This document shows, piece after piece, positions 1-13,738 of a stretch of DNA of 64,000 nt. How positions within the stretch are numbered: position 1 is the stretch's first letter; each line of letters opens with the position of its first letter. The notes under the pieces are model-generated. The model had not been told where the DNA came from and did no database searches. It worked only from the letters and a program-made list of their open reading frames with translations. The stretch comes from Basidiobolus meristosporus CBS 931.73 (lineage: Eukaryota > Fungi > Basidiobolomycota): NCBI GenBank assembly GCA_002104905.1, contig MCFE01000012.1, positions 197,009 through 261,008 on the forward strand, written 5' to 3'. Made by a program: the position numbers and the translations under genes.

Positions 1-2400
1 TCTGGTTCCCAACTAAACTGCACTGCTAACAGCCGCAGATAAATAGTTGAACACCAGCTTGCTCTGGAATTCAGTGGAACTAGCAGGCTGCATCTAAAAA
101 AGGCCATGTTGACAGTTTGCCCACTGAAGGTAATAATGTAGACTCCTTGGGGTTTCATTCAAGTAGTCAACTGATAATCTCTGCAGAACTGCCAGCTGGT
201 CATAATACTCTGGCAGATGGGAATGTTGGAATTGCAATACCTCTAGTAAATGACCAGCAAATGACGGTCATAACATCAATACCAATAGTATTAGCAAGTA
301 TGTTGTCAACACATACCAAATTGTTAATGAGGTAAATAGGTGCAGTGGCTAACAGGATAGACACAATAGACTGGAGAAATCAGGAAATAGCTCAGAGATA
401 GGAAGAGTGGATATTATGTACAGAGCAATGAATATGCCAGTTAGCAAATGCAGTATCTAGGCTGCAAAGTAGGAACTCAAGTAGCTTAATGCCACAGCCA
501 ATAATAGAGCCATTTCCTGATGTAACAGCAGAGGATCACTGCACAGTCTTTGAAGCACAGGAACAGTGCCCCAAAGATAATGCCCACTGAGAAACCAGTT
601 TCAGAATGGGAGGGAGAGACTGCAATCTTTATAACCAGCCTAAAAATCAAAGACACAGAAGATCTGTGGGGCTTTTGAGTGCAATGATGAAGGATGGTTT
701 AAAATTCAAGAGGCTGATAGAAGTCAAGCATGGCATCACCTTAAGGCAGGCATACTATGGGACCATCAGGAACTCAAGACCAGCAGAATGTGTTTAATCT
801 ATTTCATGAGCAATACCCTGGATTCAAGCAAGTAAATGGATTTGGGCCAGCATTGGTGTGATAAGAGAGTATCTCAAGAATACCAGAAACCATCCAATGA
901 AGAACAACAAGGGTGTTACAGTTAAAAACTGGTAGCTTCCTCAAGAGCTTGTCACAAGCAGGGCTGAAAGCTCCAAATAAGTGGCAATGAAATATCAGGC
1001 AGCCAGAATAGTGTCAATAAGGGACAAGCAGGCAGAACCAAGTGCATCAGTGTAACATTTCTCAGCAAAGAAATGGAGTTCAATTCAAGATGCACTTGGC
1101 CAAAGTATTAGTGAAGTATCAGGCAGCAACAAAAGCCTGTGGCTTTCTTAGGAGCTTGTTACAAGCAGAGCTGAAGGCTTGAAATAAGTGGCTAAGCAAT
1201 GTTGGGTTACCAGGAGAGTGCCAGTAAGGGACAAGCAGGTGAAACAGATGCACCAGTGCAGCATTCATCAAAGACAAAGTGTAGTACAATACACAAGGCA
1301 CTTGGTCAAAATAGCAGTGAAAGAGTTGGAAGTGATAAAGGTAAAGGTAAAGAGAAAAAAAGCTACTCAAGCCAGAGAGAGGGAAGTGTGAAAACAAAAG
1401 CTGCAGTTGTTGCCAATTAATGCTGTCAGCCCCAAACAAGCTGAATCCTATATTAGCCAAGAAGAATTACCAACAAGACAACAGCAGATTTCTCAAGAGT
1501 TGGAAGTGGAGCCAGTTGAGCTACACTTCAGTGAGATAGATGAGCTTGCAGAGAAAGGCAATTTGTCTACCACTGCTTCCACATCCTCCATTGTAGACAG
1601 TTTGTAGATTCCACTGACAGACAAAGCAACATCAAGAACTCAAAAGACTATCACAATGGCTACAGTGGAATATTGCAACATTAATAGGCATACCAAGAGG
1701 TTGCAGCACTTCTTCAAGAGCAGTGCTCAAGAACACACACTTGAATATTGCAAGAACTTAATGCAAAGACCAGCAGATGAAGTGCTTGACCTTGCAGTGC
1801 AGGGTGAAGAACAGGACATATGAGAACCAGTGAATGAACAATTGCATAAAGCTGTTTAGTTCCTGTTAAAGTCATGGAAAGAGGGTGTTGCAGCAGAAAT
1901 ACTTACTAAATGGTGAATTTCAATGAAGTTACTTGTTCAGTGTGGGGTTGGGCTTTATGTTGGTGTTGAGTACACAGACTTGTATAAATCAGTACAACTG
2001 GCACTTGAGTCACAACTGAAGTTTAGCAGAAATAGACCATTTTGTATTCATGAAAAAGTAAGAGCATTGGTTCAGTCAGGAAGTAAGTAGTGTGAGAAGA
2101 GGCAATAACCAATCAATGAACACAAATATAGTAGGTAATTGAGTGTCCAGGATCACAAAGTGAAAGAAATGGCAGAGAACCAATTAAAAGCCACTTATGT
2201 ATCATTGTGAGGAAAATTCTGACCAAGTTTTGTGTCAAATCTGGGGGTCTATTTTCCTTTACAATGTTTGCACAGTGTCCTGATGGGATCAATATCTCTT
2301 ATTCACTGTATTTTGATTTTGTGATTGCCTTTTGATGGGATTATAATAGCAATTTTTCATTGGGGTAATGCAACAGTGTCAAGAAATTGGTGGACTAAAA
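1..2400. mobile_element. Degenerate, CpG-depleted repeat/transposon relic (family not identifiable)
   Basis: Almost no CG dinucleotides. A stop-interrupted + strand reading frame runs from ~1407 to ~2090, and there is a diverged internal duplication at ~930-1325. No diagnostic TE motif was recognised. Confidence 0.4.
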
Positions 2401-2549
2401 AAAAATTTTCAGCAGCTTTGGCATTGTGTCCTAATTGCATAAATACTGTTTAGCCACAGGATTTTAGTTTTGTATTAGCCTTTTGACAGGATCATGACAA
2501 ATATTTCCCAGGAGGTATGGCATGCTGGCAGACAAAGGTTTCAGAAGTA

Positions 2550-2720
2550 GACTAGGCCAACTAGGATATTTACCCAATTTGGTAGTCAGCTGCTCACTAC
2601 TTTGACAAATACCTGCACCTTGGGGTTTGAAGGAAAAGTAATAGTTGAAGGACAACAAAACATCATTAGAGTACCAGCAAAATACCAGGAGACTGTAAGA
2701 TAAGTTCAAAGTGAGAGATC
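2550..2720 (+). repeat. Dispersed repeat copy 1 (related to ~24160-24330)
   Basis: Shared words 'ggta(g/a)tcagctgctcactacttt', 'tttgaaggaaaa', 'taccagcaaaatacca' and 'agataa(g/a)ttc(a/c)aagt' occur in the same order in both places. Confidence 0.6.
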
Positions 2721-2880
2721 CTTCTTTATGAACTTTACCATGTTATGCAAGGTGACTTTGGGGTACAATGCAATTTTATATATGATTTGATGGACAGAAT
2801 TATATTTACCAAAAATAAGCAGTATTATAACAGAAGTTGCAAATGGAAGCATATTTACACCACTGTTGATTTAAAAGGAA

Positions 2881-3560
2881 TCATGCTACCAAGAAATTCT
2901 TTTGTGGAAACCAAACACTACTCCAAGAATTTAATCCAATGGAAGTTGGAATCAATAGCATACTATTATTGAAAAGTCCAGGTAAACTACTACCTATGAA
3001 TAAGCTCCATTGTTGATAAAAAGCCTTTGCATTATTAATACTTTCATGGACCTGTGTTTGGGTAGTATTTGTATATAAATTAAAAAAGCTACTTCCATAT
3101 CTTTGAGGAAATCTGTTAAACATATGCCATGCTATTTTATCAGCACGATCCAATACATTACCTTTGGCAACAAAAATAATACTCTTATATGACAGTTTAA
3201 TTCTACAGACTTGGCCAATAGAGTCTTTTATATGTGGAATTGTTCCTTCATTTGCTCCATATTCAGATCCGCCTGATGAACCAACCGTATCTACTATTTG
3301 CCAACCTTTTCCTGATCCTATGGTAGCCTTTTCTGTTACTTTAATTCCGCCTGCACCTATCAGAAAATAATTGATTATCAGATATAATCAACTACTGAGT
3401 TAACGCATTTACGAGAGTTGCCCCTTCCCATTATTCCTACAATAAACGTGCTGTTACTAAGTAAGCACAGAGCGCTGCAGCATGATCTGGTAGAAGAAGA
3501 CACATCTTCCTCAGCACAAACGATGAATTGTTCTCGATCAAAAAGAGAAAAGTCAACCAT
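2881..3560 (-). pseudogene. Putative degenerate AIG1/G-domain-like GTPase
   Basis: Minus-strand translation TFIVGIMGRGNS, a possible intron, then AGGIKVTEKATIG...WQIVDTVG. This resembles G1 (lacking GKS), G2 Thr and G3 'DTxG' motifs. Confidence 0.3.
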
Positions 3561-5172
3561 ATTTGGCTTGTAAGAAAACCCCCCAAGGATGCCCCATTTA
3601 GGCCGTGAGTGAAATCAGAAGAGTTGCTTGTAAGGGGAGAATCAAAAGCTACCAGGCTGCAAGACCCCGGATGTCGTTCTCAGATATATAACTTTATTGT
3701 AGAGTATAGTAAGAGAGAAGCCATATCGCTTGCATCAATAGTTCATAAACTACAGGGATGCCAGACCACAATAAGTGAAGTGCCAAATCTAGATTCCAAG
3801 AGACCCGAGAATTAGAAACTGGAGCCCCATTCAGGGGCCTTATACATAACAAAGTAGCCTCATTTATCGAAACCGAGGTTGGTACCATTATGATCACTGT
3901 TAAAACAGGATTTATACTAGTAATATGTTAATCAAGTACGGTAAAATGTCACTAGGGGCAGCATTTCTTGGAACAGTCCAACATCTTTCCTCACACAGGA
4001 TTGAGGACAAATTACGATGTATAGACTGAGGTGGCATAGTCTATTCCAACTGGACATATATCTTAGTGGGCCGATGTAGATACGGTGCCTTTCACAAAGC
4101 TTGTTCTCAGCCATACCATCGTGCTAGCCTTACCCAGAGAGCATCCCAATTGTTGCTTGCACAAGACAATGTAGAGAGCCGTATAGCCTAAATTGACCAA
4201 ACGCTCGCCGAGCTACAGAGCAGCTTCCGGTTGTAGTGAATTCCGCTGCTAGCCATGACCCCTCAGTGATGGTCAATTCATTGACCACCACCGAACCTGC
4301 ATCCACTCCTTGGATGTTCCACTTGTGCTTGAAACGTGAAAATAAATGATTTCTCACGTTGGTACCAAACCAGGCTCCAACAACCACACACAGTATCCAT
4401 TGAACCGTCTGGATCGCAGGTCGAGAGTGCAGCTGAGACCATTACAGAGCACCATTGCATCATCCTATTGTTATGCCAGCATCGAAGTTGCCATGTTCCT
4501 GATATATGCTCGTCGAGATGATTTTCATGTCGGACTTCCGTCACTCTTGGTTGTCCCTCTGTGCAGTGCAGGCATAGCGGTACTGGGGAGCAAGCGACGA
4601 TGACGTCGGTGTACTGAACAAAAACGTATCAAATCTCAGGGAATAGCTGCTGTGTCAGATTCCTGAATTGGAAAAATACAGGAGGATCTGCGTTCTACTG
4701 TCTATGTGATGTTTTCTTACCGTAATCTGGCCTGGCCATGGCAGCAGATCGTCCATGTTTATTTCGGAATCTGCGGTATATTTCAGTCAGCTCCTCAGAC
4801 CTACCACCATGACGCTATCGAAATACGAAACGTGGCAAACAACCACCAGGAAGTGATTGGAACCTTCAGTCAGGCACCAGCACTCATGTCAAAAAACTGC
4901 ATACATGCATGCAAACTTGGTTATATGAATTAAATGAGGGATAAGGTGGTAAGAACATATCAACCACTCCACCAATCAAAACGAGATGATGACATGGGTC
5001 TTATATCGTGGTTATACTACAAAACTCCCTGGATCAGGGAAATCCGATGAAGCGCTCTTCAGACTGCAAAGCGTCGGTGTAGAAATAAAAGTGTGATCGA
5101 GCATCTCAAACACTTTTCTTGCTCATAATCGCATCAGCCTTAGCTCTATAAGCTCATCCAACCCCGATCGCT

Positions 5173-6138
5173 ATGAGAGATAATTCCGGCGACATACCAC
5201 TTCCGACAGAAGCTCATTCAACAACTTTAAAGCCCATTGACAATAGCCTGATTAAGCACAGATCCCACAACTATCACGCTTCGATTACTTGCTCTGTCCC
5301 CTTTATGAACTGTACACAGCTATCGAAGATATCGATTCCAGATGGAAACGCTTTACCTCCGCCATCATTACCTCCACTTTCGGAAACACTAGGGAACCTG
5401 TTCCCTAGCTCCCCTAAATCTACATCCAATCCACTCTCTAGCCCAATATCGTTAGAAACCATACCAACTGCCTCTTTGCTAGGCTCTCCATCACATCAGC
5501 CTCTTGTACGGGATTCACACAATACCTTCAGCTCGTCTGGTGTGCGCAAACTACCACCCATTGTTCATAGTGACACCATGGAGACAAGGCCGAGTGGTAA
5601 CGGCAGTTACTATTGCCGAGCTGAACGCTCATTATCTATCCCAATGCAGCACAGCACCCAAATCCCACCTTGTTCATACACAATTACGCCACAATACCAT
5701 GCGAACACGAACCGGCACCCTGCGATATATCGATCGAGAAGCCATAACTCATCTACTCCTTGGGAACAACACAGCCAGTCAGAAGCATATTTCGCCTATC
5801 AGCAGAGTAATGATGACAGCCAAAAGGAGTTTTCCTTCGTGTCGCTCCCTGGAGTTAACAGCAAAAAGAGGCCCCGAAGACGGTTTGATGAAATAGAGCG
5901 CCTATATGCTTGTAGCTGGCCAGGATGTAGCAAAAGCTATGGAACATTGAATCACCTGAATGCCCACGTAACAATGCAAAAACACGGCTCCAAGAGACAG
6001 CCTTCCGGTTCGTAGTGCTTTCATCGTCTGAGAGAGAATCCATTGTACTAACCAACTGGAAATCTAGAGTTCAAAGAGCTACGGAAATACTGGAAGCAGC
6101 AGAAGCAAGACACTATCACTAGAAAGCAACTACTCTAG
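5173..6138 (+). CDS. Con7-like C2H2 zinc-finger transcription factor (2 exons; intron 6008-6067)
   Basis: KRPRRRFDEIERLYACSWPGCSKSYGTLNHLNAHVTMQKHG, then after the intron EFKELRKYWK, which is the signature of the fungal Con7 family. GT...CTAAC...AG intron; stop at 6136-6138. Confidence 0.85.
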
Positions 6139-9136
6139 CTAGGATAATATACTTGATGGTACGAGATATAATTTCAAATATTCTTCCGAATCATGTATAT
6201 CCAGCAAGAGCCACCTCGAAGGCATGGTGGCCTGCTTGAACCTCTTACAAGTACGTTTATTTTCATATTACTGTACCTAGTAATATTGATGAATAGGTGC
6301 TGGTACTGCAAAATAGATTTGTAATTTTACTCGTATTATATGATTGCGATGTAGACTCCATATGATAAAGAATTTAGATAATATGAATTAATGTTAGTAT
6401 TCCTGGCTACACAACATTAAATAAATAGTAGACTTGAACTCCATATAGATCAATACCTGAGTAATGATATCCACCTGGTCTCGTAAATACAAGAAGGCTA
6501 CATTCTTGCCAAGGTGTCGTTCTAATTGCTGTGGCATATATTTCAGGTATGGCTGTAATCTACAACAAGAAGCTTTCCATCCTCGGCTTTAATGCAATGC
6601 GACTGTTCCAAAGTAAGCCCGTTCCCTCTCTGCTACTCTAGAGGATCTTCTTTGCTTAATCATGGAGGTGCACGAACTTTACCAATATATGTGAAGGACC
6701 TCAAATGTAGATGTAGGGGAGTGTTCATTAAAGCAGTGGCGTACCTCTCTACGTCAAGTAGCATTGTGGTGCATACTGATCAGCGCTTTTATCATCTGGT
6801 AGCATCTGCCTGTGCGTGATATCTTTCGTCGTGCTTGAAATTAACAAGAGCGTCACACTCAGCATCACGTTATTGGCCCTCCTGAAAACATGACAATACG
6901 AGATATTCAGCGTCAATTTTATACATCTGCGTCGCTAAATTGGCCCGATTCCCGTTACTGGGGAGTTTCTGGAAGTATCGAGAGGGGAACATAGGTGTAT
7001 AATTGTCCATATACTTTATTAACTATCGGCTTTCTGCTGTGCATGCTACACAAAGTTTTGTATATCGCATTGAAATTCTCTACAAATACCAATCACTGCA
7101 ATAGCAGTATAAATCTAGCATCATAAGTAACAAGTTATCAAACCTTGAAAACGTTCCGCATTTGAAAGTTCGCATCAATTTGGCTCATATTCTGTATCCT
7201 CAATGGCTATATTACACTGGTTCTTTGGCTACGTAGACGGACCTGTATGTTAGAATATGGCACCTGCTAATACAAATTTCTAATAAGCCACTCAATGGCA
7301 CTTCTTGACTAATGTGGCACCCCACTCCAATACCAACAAAATGCTCACAATTTGAGACGATAACGGCCACTATTGAGGGTAGATTTGGTGTTAGGCTTCA
7401 TCATAATTTCCTTTTTGAGCAGTTGTGTCAAGCACCTCCCTCACTATCTATGATATCTTGAGACGTCTGAAACGATATATTTGATTCCAACATAGTAGGT
7501 CCCTTGACTGAATATATTCAATGGGTAGTTTGACGAGCATAAATGCAACCCTTTCAATGCATTTACCGAATAAAGGGATAGTAGCCGTTTGTAGGAAGAG
7601 TTGGAAATCTTCTCGCTGATCAGCCCACTTCACGAATTTGCAATATATTCGAAGAAATTAAAATACTCTGCATTGTGAAAGGTTCAACAACCCATTAATC
7701 CTGAAGAATCGTCCATAGTAAAACGGTCGACTCAATAGCATGCTAAACTCTGCGCTCGTTACAGCGTAGCCCCAACAACAGGGAATTTTCGAACGGAAAA
7801 TAGGCAACAGCGGCTGCACTTCGAAATAAACCATTCCCATCTTATCAGTATATCGGACTACAAATACAAACACAAGGACCAATCGCTCGATGTGGAACAC
7901 GATGTTTTGTTGATTATTCCCATCCACCAACCACCTCTACTCACTCATGCTTGCGTGAAAATCAAGGATCTCACTGATGCCACGCCTTATTTTGGATGAC
8001 AAGGATCCAGGATTTGAGTTCAATTTGTAAACTAACGGCTGTTCCATGGTTACTCAAGTGGATCCAAACTTATTTCTTCGAAACCAACAAGCTTTTTCCC
8101 AGTCTTCATACTTATAGTGCCATTCCCATGCTATCCAATTTGGTTATAGATATGGAGGTGAGATAGAGCTACTAAGGGCATGTATTGGTATTACCTCAGG
8201 CGATGGGTGCCCTTATGCATGTCACTTGATCCTCTTGTAATTTTACTGGGATCCACTCCAGCAATAGAGACAGCTAGCTTATAAGTAAAGTAACACAAGT
8301 AGGAGGTGCCAAGCAGATGCAAGTAGTATGATTGCGACAACTCTATTTATAACTGATCACTGGAAAATGTAGATCGCGCATTAGATGCTATTATATTGGC
8401 ATATTTTTTGTGCTCGACCACCTGAAGCTTAAGTTCTTAATCGCTGTACGGTTAGTCACGCCTATGTAGGAAGGCCTTGGATATAAGTTATTACTCTAAA
8501 ACTCATATATGCCAAAAGAAAGCAATTCATATCTTTAGTCTAGATGAAAGAGCATTAAGGAAATATTTAACCCACTCGTTACATGATTGCAACTTGATTA
8601 ACATGCTAGGAAGTGATTAAAATGAAACCAGGATTTTGATCAATTTAAATGTCGATTCGAGAAGCCAAATTTGTAGGTCCGTGATCTGTGCTTAGCCAAT
8701 AAGCTAAGAGGATAGTAATTTTAGTATGAGGTTCGAAAACAATAAGCATTACTCTGATTGATCATTTACCCAAGACAATTCAATTATATTGGAGCTCGGT
8801 CTCCATTCAAGGGAATACAAATTGGTGGTATATGTGCGGTGGCACAGTACTGGACTCAGCGAAAAATGCACACTGCATATTTCAGTTACTGGGGTTCATT
8901 TCCGAAATGTTTAAAATATAGCTCATAGGGCACTCACGTATTGTTAATACCACCCCTTTCCTTTGTTAATACTTCTCTTTGCGAGTCAAACGTGGTTTTT
9001 CAAACGGCTAGCAAATTAACCCTTTGTATTTAGCCGCTGGCTTGGACATTCCCTCTATTTCACTTCTACTTTTCAAAAGCTCAGGAAGCTCTTTCATTTG
9101 TTTACCTTTTGAAGTTTTCATCGCTGTTTGCTGGCC

Positions 9137-10665
9137 ATGATGCAAAGACCTCGTTTCAATTCATATAGCGCCGGGTCTCCGGCTTTGCCGTTAACTGAAA
9201 ATCAGGCCTTAGTTAAGCATCGGTACCTGATAAAAAAACAATACAAATCTCATGACCTGCTGAAGGAGGCCATCAATACCAATGATGCTATGAAGAGCGA
9301 GCAACCTGGAGGTCATGTGACGCTCAACCGTAGAGCATCGAAGTTACGAAGGCTATCCTCTTTATTAAATAAGAAATTCAATCGGAATCGACTGAGCCGC
9401 GACAAAATTTCACCGCCCATTCTTGTCACAGCTAGTTCATTTATCGAAGCAGTTCCCATAGAAAATCCTGCTAAAGAGTTGAGCTCTTTGGAAACACCAA
9501 ATTCAACATCCCATTTGTCAGAACATTCCAATCAAGCTGGCTTGCCCGGTCAACTTTCGAGACAATCTTCCAAGAGTAGCTCTCATACACTTCAGAGGCA
9601 GCTAAGCGATAGGGAGATCAAGCGCCTAGGATCACGTGGTTTCACCAAGCATACTCGGTTTCTATCCGAAAGCTCACTTTCCTCATTTACCTCCGATGGC
9701 TCCAGTGATAAGCATTCCAGTTATGGCCGGGAAAACATTGTATGGCCACTCACAGTACAGGTTGAACACGACTGGGAGTTGGAGAATGCATATTCAACAT
9801 TCCCAGTCCTTTCAGACTCATTCACACAACAGGCCACCGATTGGGAAATGGCAGCTCTAGCTGAAGTAGCCATTTCTGAATCCCTTTCCAACCCGAAAAC
9901 GCCCGAGAACAAACCCACCAACACTAAACCAGAGATTGCATCATTGGCGCGAAATGACCTTTTGAGAAGCAACTCACTTCCAATATCAAAAGATAAAATC
10001 TACTCGCATCGCTTTTCGGGGCCTGATACAGAAGTGGAGTCGATAGAATCCAATGCTAAAAGACGAGTAAAATCTGAGTGTGGAATGCGAGGGGATGTCT
10101 CTCTAGACTTCACCAAATGCCGTGTTCGCAGTTCATCTCTGAATCCAGTGAAAACGAAGTGGCGAGAGGCTGTAATTTATGCCAAGGATTTGGAGGACTA
10201 TGAGAGTGTACTATCGGAAATGGAAATCCCCGTAACAAACTCAAACCCGATTTCAGAAGGTACTTGGTCTAACCAACTCGCATTCGGGATTTCTTAAACT
10301 AACTTTTAACTTAAGCATCCATTTTAGAGTTTCTGTCATCTCTGTCCCCTTCGAGCTCTGAGGATTCCTCAACTGAGACAGCCAATTCTTCCCCAGATTT
10401 AAGCAGCGCGGAAAACTTGGACCTGGACCCCGAAGCAGAAGCTCACGATGATCTGTATGATGAAGCACCATCCTCATCCACCCATGCTACCACTGAGCAC
10501 GATACTTATCGGCACTCGATCTTTGATCTCTATTGTTATGACAGTGACGAAGAGGAGTATTCGATTGAATCGGATGCTGATGATTCGTCAGACAACAATC
10601 ATCAATGCGAGTATTCTGGCATTGACACGCCGGGGGATGAGTTGATTGAGCTTGATAGAATATAG
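9137..10665 (+). CDS. Ser-rich/acidic hypothetical protein (probable intron 10260-10396)
   Basis: ORF of ~375 aa from the ATG at 9137. A phase-1 GT/AG intron joins it in frame to the acidic ORF ending at 10665. Confidence 0.65.
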
Positions 10666-10815
10666 GCAAACGTAAACTAACCCTGTGGCATTGGGTGGAT
10701 TGAATTCTTGCAACGAGTACCATTCTCCTACAGACCCTGATCAGTATACTGCTTTTCGCTTGGAAGTATTTTTGTTTCATTTGTTAAATTCCATTTTCCC
10801 GTGTTCCTCGACCTG

Positions 10816-11202
10816 TTAGCACTTTTGATTCCCCGCCTTGTTCAAATCCTTCATCCAACCCACGCTCCGATCAATCACCCATGCCACATGTCGTAAAGTT
10901 ATCCCCCAATCAAATATAAATGCATTCTCCTCGAAATCACGTGATGTGGACCATTTATCTCTATGAACAGTGACCACCTCTGGAGTATTCTTTGGCCAAC
11001 CAACCCTATCCATCATTGGTGTACAGGTGGAGAAAGCATTCACCACTGGATGCCCATTAGGCAGACCCTCGACAGACTCCCTGAAAGACTGAATGGATTC
11101 CAACTGCTGGAACCCCATGGAGTACCCAGACCTGCATATTGAAGTTTGTGCTATACATGGAGTAGAATATGTGCTCAATGAGCCAGTTGAAAATCCATGC
11201 AA
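10816..11202 (-). pseudogene. Fragment of an unidentified protein, probably a pseudogene 3' part
   Basis: 128-aa ORF with globular, Trp/Gly-rich composition (GYSMG, VGWP, FIFDWG). Upstream frames contain stops and there is no clear start. Confidence 0.25.
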
Positions 11203-12768
11203 GTAATTAATGAGTTGATGGAGCTTACTAAATACGATTAGCAGGTACGATACTTTTCAGACCATCAGAGTGAGTGGATTTCACTAATGCAGACTGCCAG
11301 TACTAAATGCCAAGAGTGCCCCTGGTTCAACAATAACGATTGGGAGCCGCAAAAACACTAGCCGCATTGTCCACAACTCGATCCGAAAATCAACGTGATA
11401 TACGAGGAGCTTACTAAATAGATGCTCACATCCTTTCAGTCATCCAGCTTGGCTCCAATACAGATAATGTGGCAGGTTCATAAAACTGACATGATTTAAA
11501 TCATAGAGATCGTAATAGTAGAAAGATGCTGGAGGTTAGTAATATATTACCTATTTAGAAATCCCAATGATGCAGTGTTTTTTCATCCCGTACACTCTGC
11601 GGCTAAATGCCCGAGGGCCAATCTTGGCCGGCTCAAATGTACCTGAGTCAAAACCCAAGCTCCTAACATTCGCGATAACCCACCAATAGCGACGGCCCAT
11701 AGGCATCTAATGACTCATGTGAAAATTGCCTGGCTGCTAACCGTAGGTTTTGGCGTGGAAAGAGTGTCTTTGAAAGCTATTTGTAAGCCCCTATGACGAA
11801 TTGGGAAACAGTGTCGAAGTTCGGAAACTCTTCTCAACATGGCATGTTTTGTTTGCTATCGCCCATTTCATGAGCCAGTATGGCAAAATCAGTGCTCGCC
11901 TTTGTATTTACTCGTACTACATGCGCACTCACAAAGGCGGCAGCTCTGGTGAACCAAGTCAAGGTGTCCTCCCACCTTCCTTCCCCCCTTCCCATTTCTA
12001 CACGCAACTGGGCTTAATCCGATGGTACATTAAATCTCACAGCATGATGCAAGATCTATGTGCTACTGGTAACATTGCCTCATTACTATGCTAAAGTGAT
12101 GCGAATCTCTCCTCCAGGTTAAGACAAATGACCATTGCGTTGGTATAATTGTGGCAGTAGGGAGGAAAACACCCACAATAGGCTCAGGCATCCATTCCTC
12201 TCCATAAATATCGATATTCCATTCATCATATGCTCTGCAGTTTTGGGAATTATTAACCGCGCAAAATTGGACGAATCCGATGAATCGGGTTCAATTCTCC
12301 AATCCAAAAGCCTGATCACCCTAATACATTACACTACGTGGTGTCCCAATGCACCAGTCAGCAGATTGCCTGAGAAACTGTTAGGAAATTTGTTTCAAGC
12401 ATAATAAGCATGTTTCGATCATATCTATAGTATTTTCACTGCTCTCCGATTGGTGATTAGAAGACGAGACTTGCTGCTTATCTTGCATTCTCTCCTTGAC
12501 CGGAATATTGTGATTGTTTTAGCCGTTCGTCGTTGAGGATATGATTGTATGGTCGAAAACCACCTTATTTACTCATTTAGAAATCATGGATGACGAAACC
12601 CATCGGAAGCTACGAATTGGAGTACGATTCTGATCATCTTTGACTAATGCTGGACAATGTGGTGGACTATAAAATGTCAGGGATTTCCTTCCTTTGGTTA
12701 CTCAAAAAGTTTTTTTCATTGGTCCTGGCGGTTTTTCTAATTAGTCTTTAAATTCATATCCTTTAACC

Positions 12769-13738
12769 ATGGTTCTAAAAGTAAGCGTTGGTCCCACTTA
12801 CGATAACCTTCAGATTATCAAAGTGAATGATGACTTCCACCCTTTCTTAATCGATTCTCCCGAGTTTGTTGGCCGTGTGGCTATCCGCATTAAGGACTTC
12901 GTGGGTATTACACCTGACGGTGGCGAGCCCATAAAAAACAGCGGCTACTTTAGCCATCACAACCGTCGCTTCTCCATGCACGTCGAAGGAAGGTTTAAGA
13001 AACACGTCACTGCAGAAGACGTCTGGTTTGGAACAGATTTCGATAGAAAGGTTGGAACAGATTTGCTACCCATACTTTCGTCTAACCAGCTAACCTTTCG
13101 CTTTGCAACAGATCCCAATTCCCGATGTTTTCTGGCTGGGTCTAAAGGCCGCCGAATACATCGATCCAGCCATGGAGACCAACAACGACCTTGAAAAGCC
13201 ATGGATTTTAAGTCCTTACATTTGTGCTATCAATGCTTTTGCCAGTTGGCCTGCACCTTCTGAGGACCCCAACCCTAACCCGATCGAAGTAAGCTGCAAT
13301 TACAGGTTGTTGAACCAGACAGAGGAGCCATGACTAACCCTTTCTCAGGATCCTACATTCGAGAAAACTCTAGGACCTTGGAAGTGGGGAGGTGAGAACA
13401 GACTCGAGGAACACAACTCGATTATCACCGGAGAAGAGATGTCGGTCAGCAAACGTCGTAAATACTTCTTCGACATTAATGTCCGTCGGAATTTTGTGTT
13501 CGATACAAAGCAAGTATACGCGTTCGATTTCTTTGCTCCCCACATGGACTTCAATACATTCGACGCAAAACTCGGTATCTCCTTCAATGTCGAGAAGTAT
13601 ATGGAAGGGCATCCCATCCGGTATACATGTCGCTCCAAAGACGGGCAGACCATCTACTTCGTCCTACAGTTCGAGCAAATCCATGACGAGAAAGAGCACA
13701 AGACGAAGTCGACCAAGCGTTATTCGTTCTTTGGGTAA
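12769..13738 (+). CDS. DUF1769 family protein (multi-exon)
   Basis: MVLKVSVGP...IDSPEFVGRVAIRIKDF...FSMHVEGRFK...FGTDFDR...PWILSP...RRKYF...YAFDFFAPHMDFN...PIRYTCRS...YFVLQFE, spread over three ORFs separated by GT-AG introns. Confidence 0.85.
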
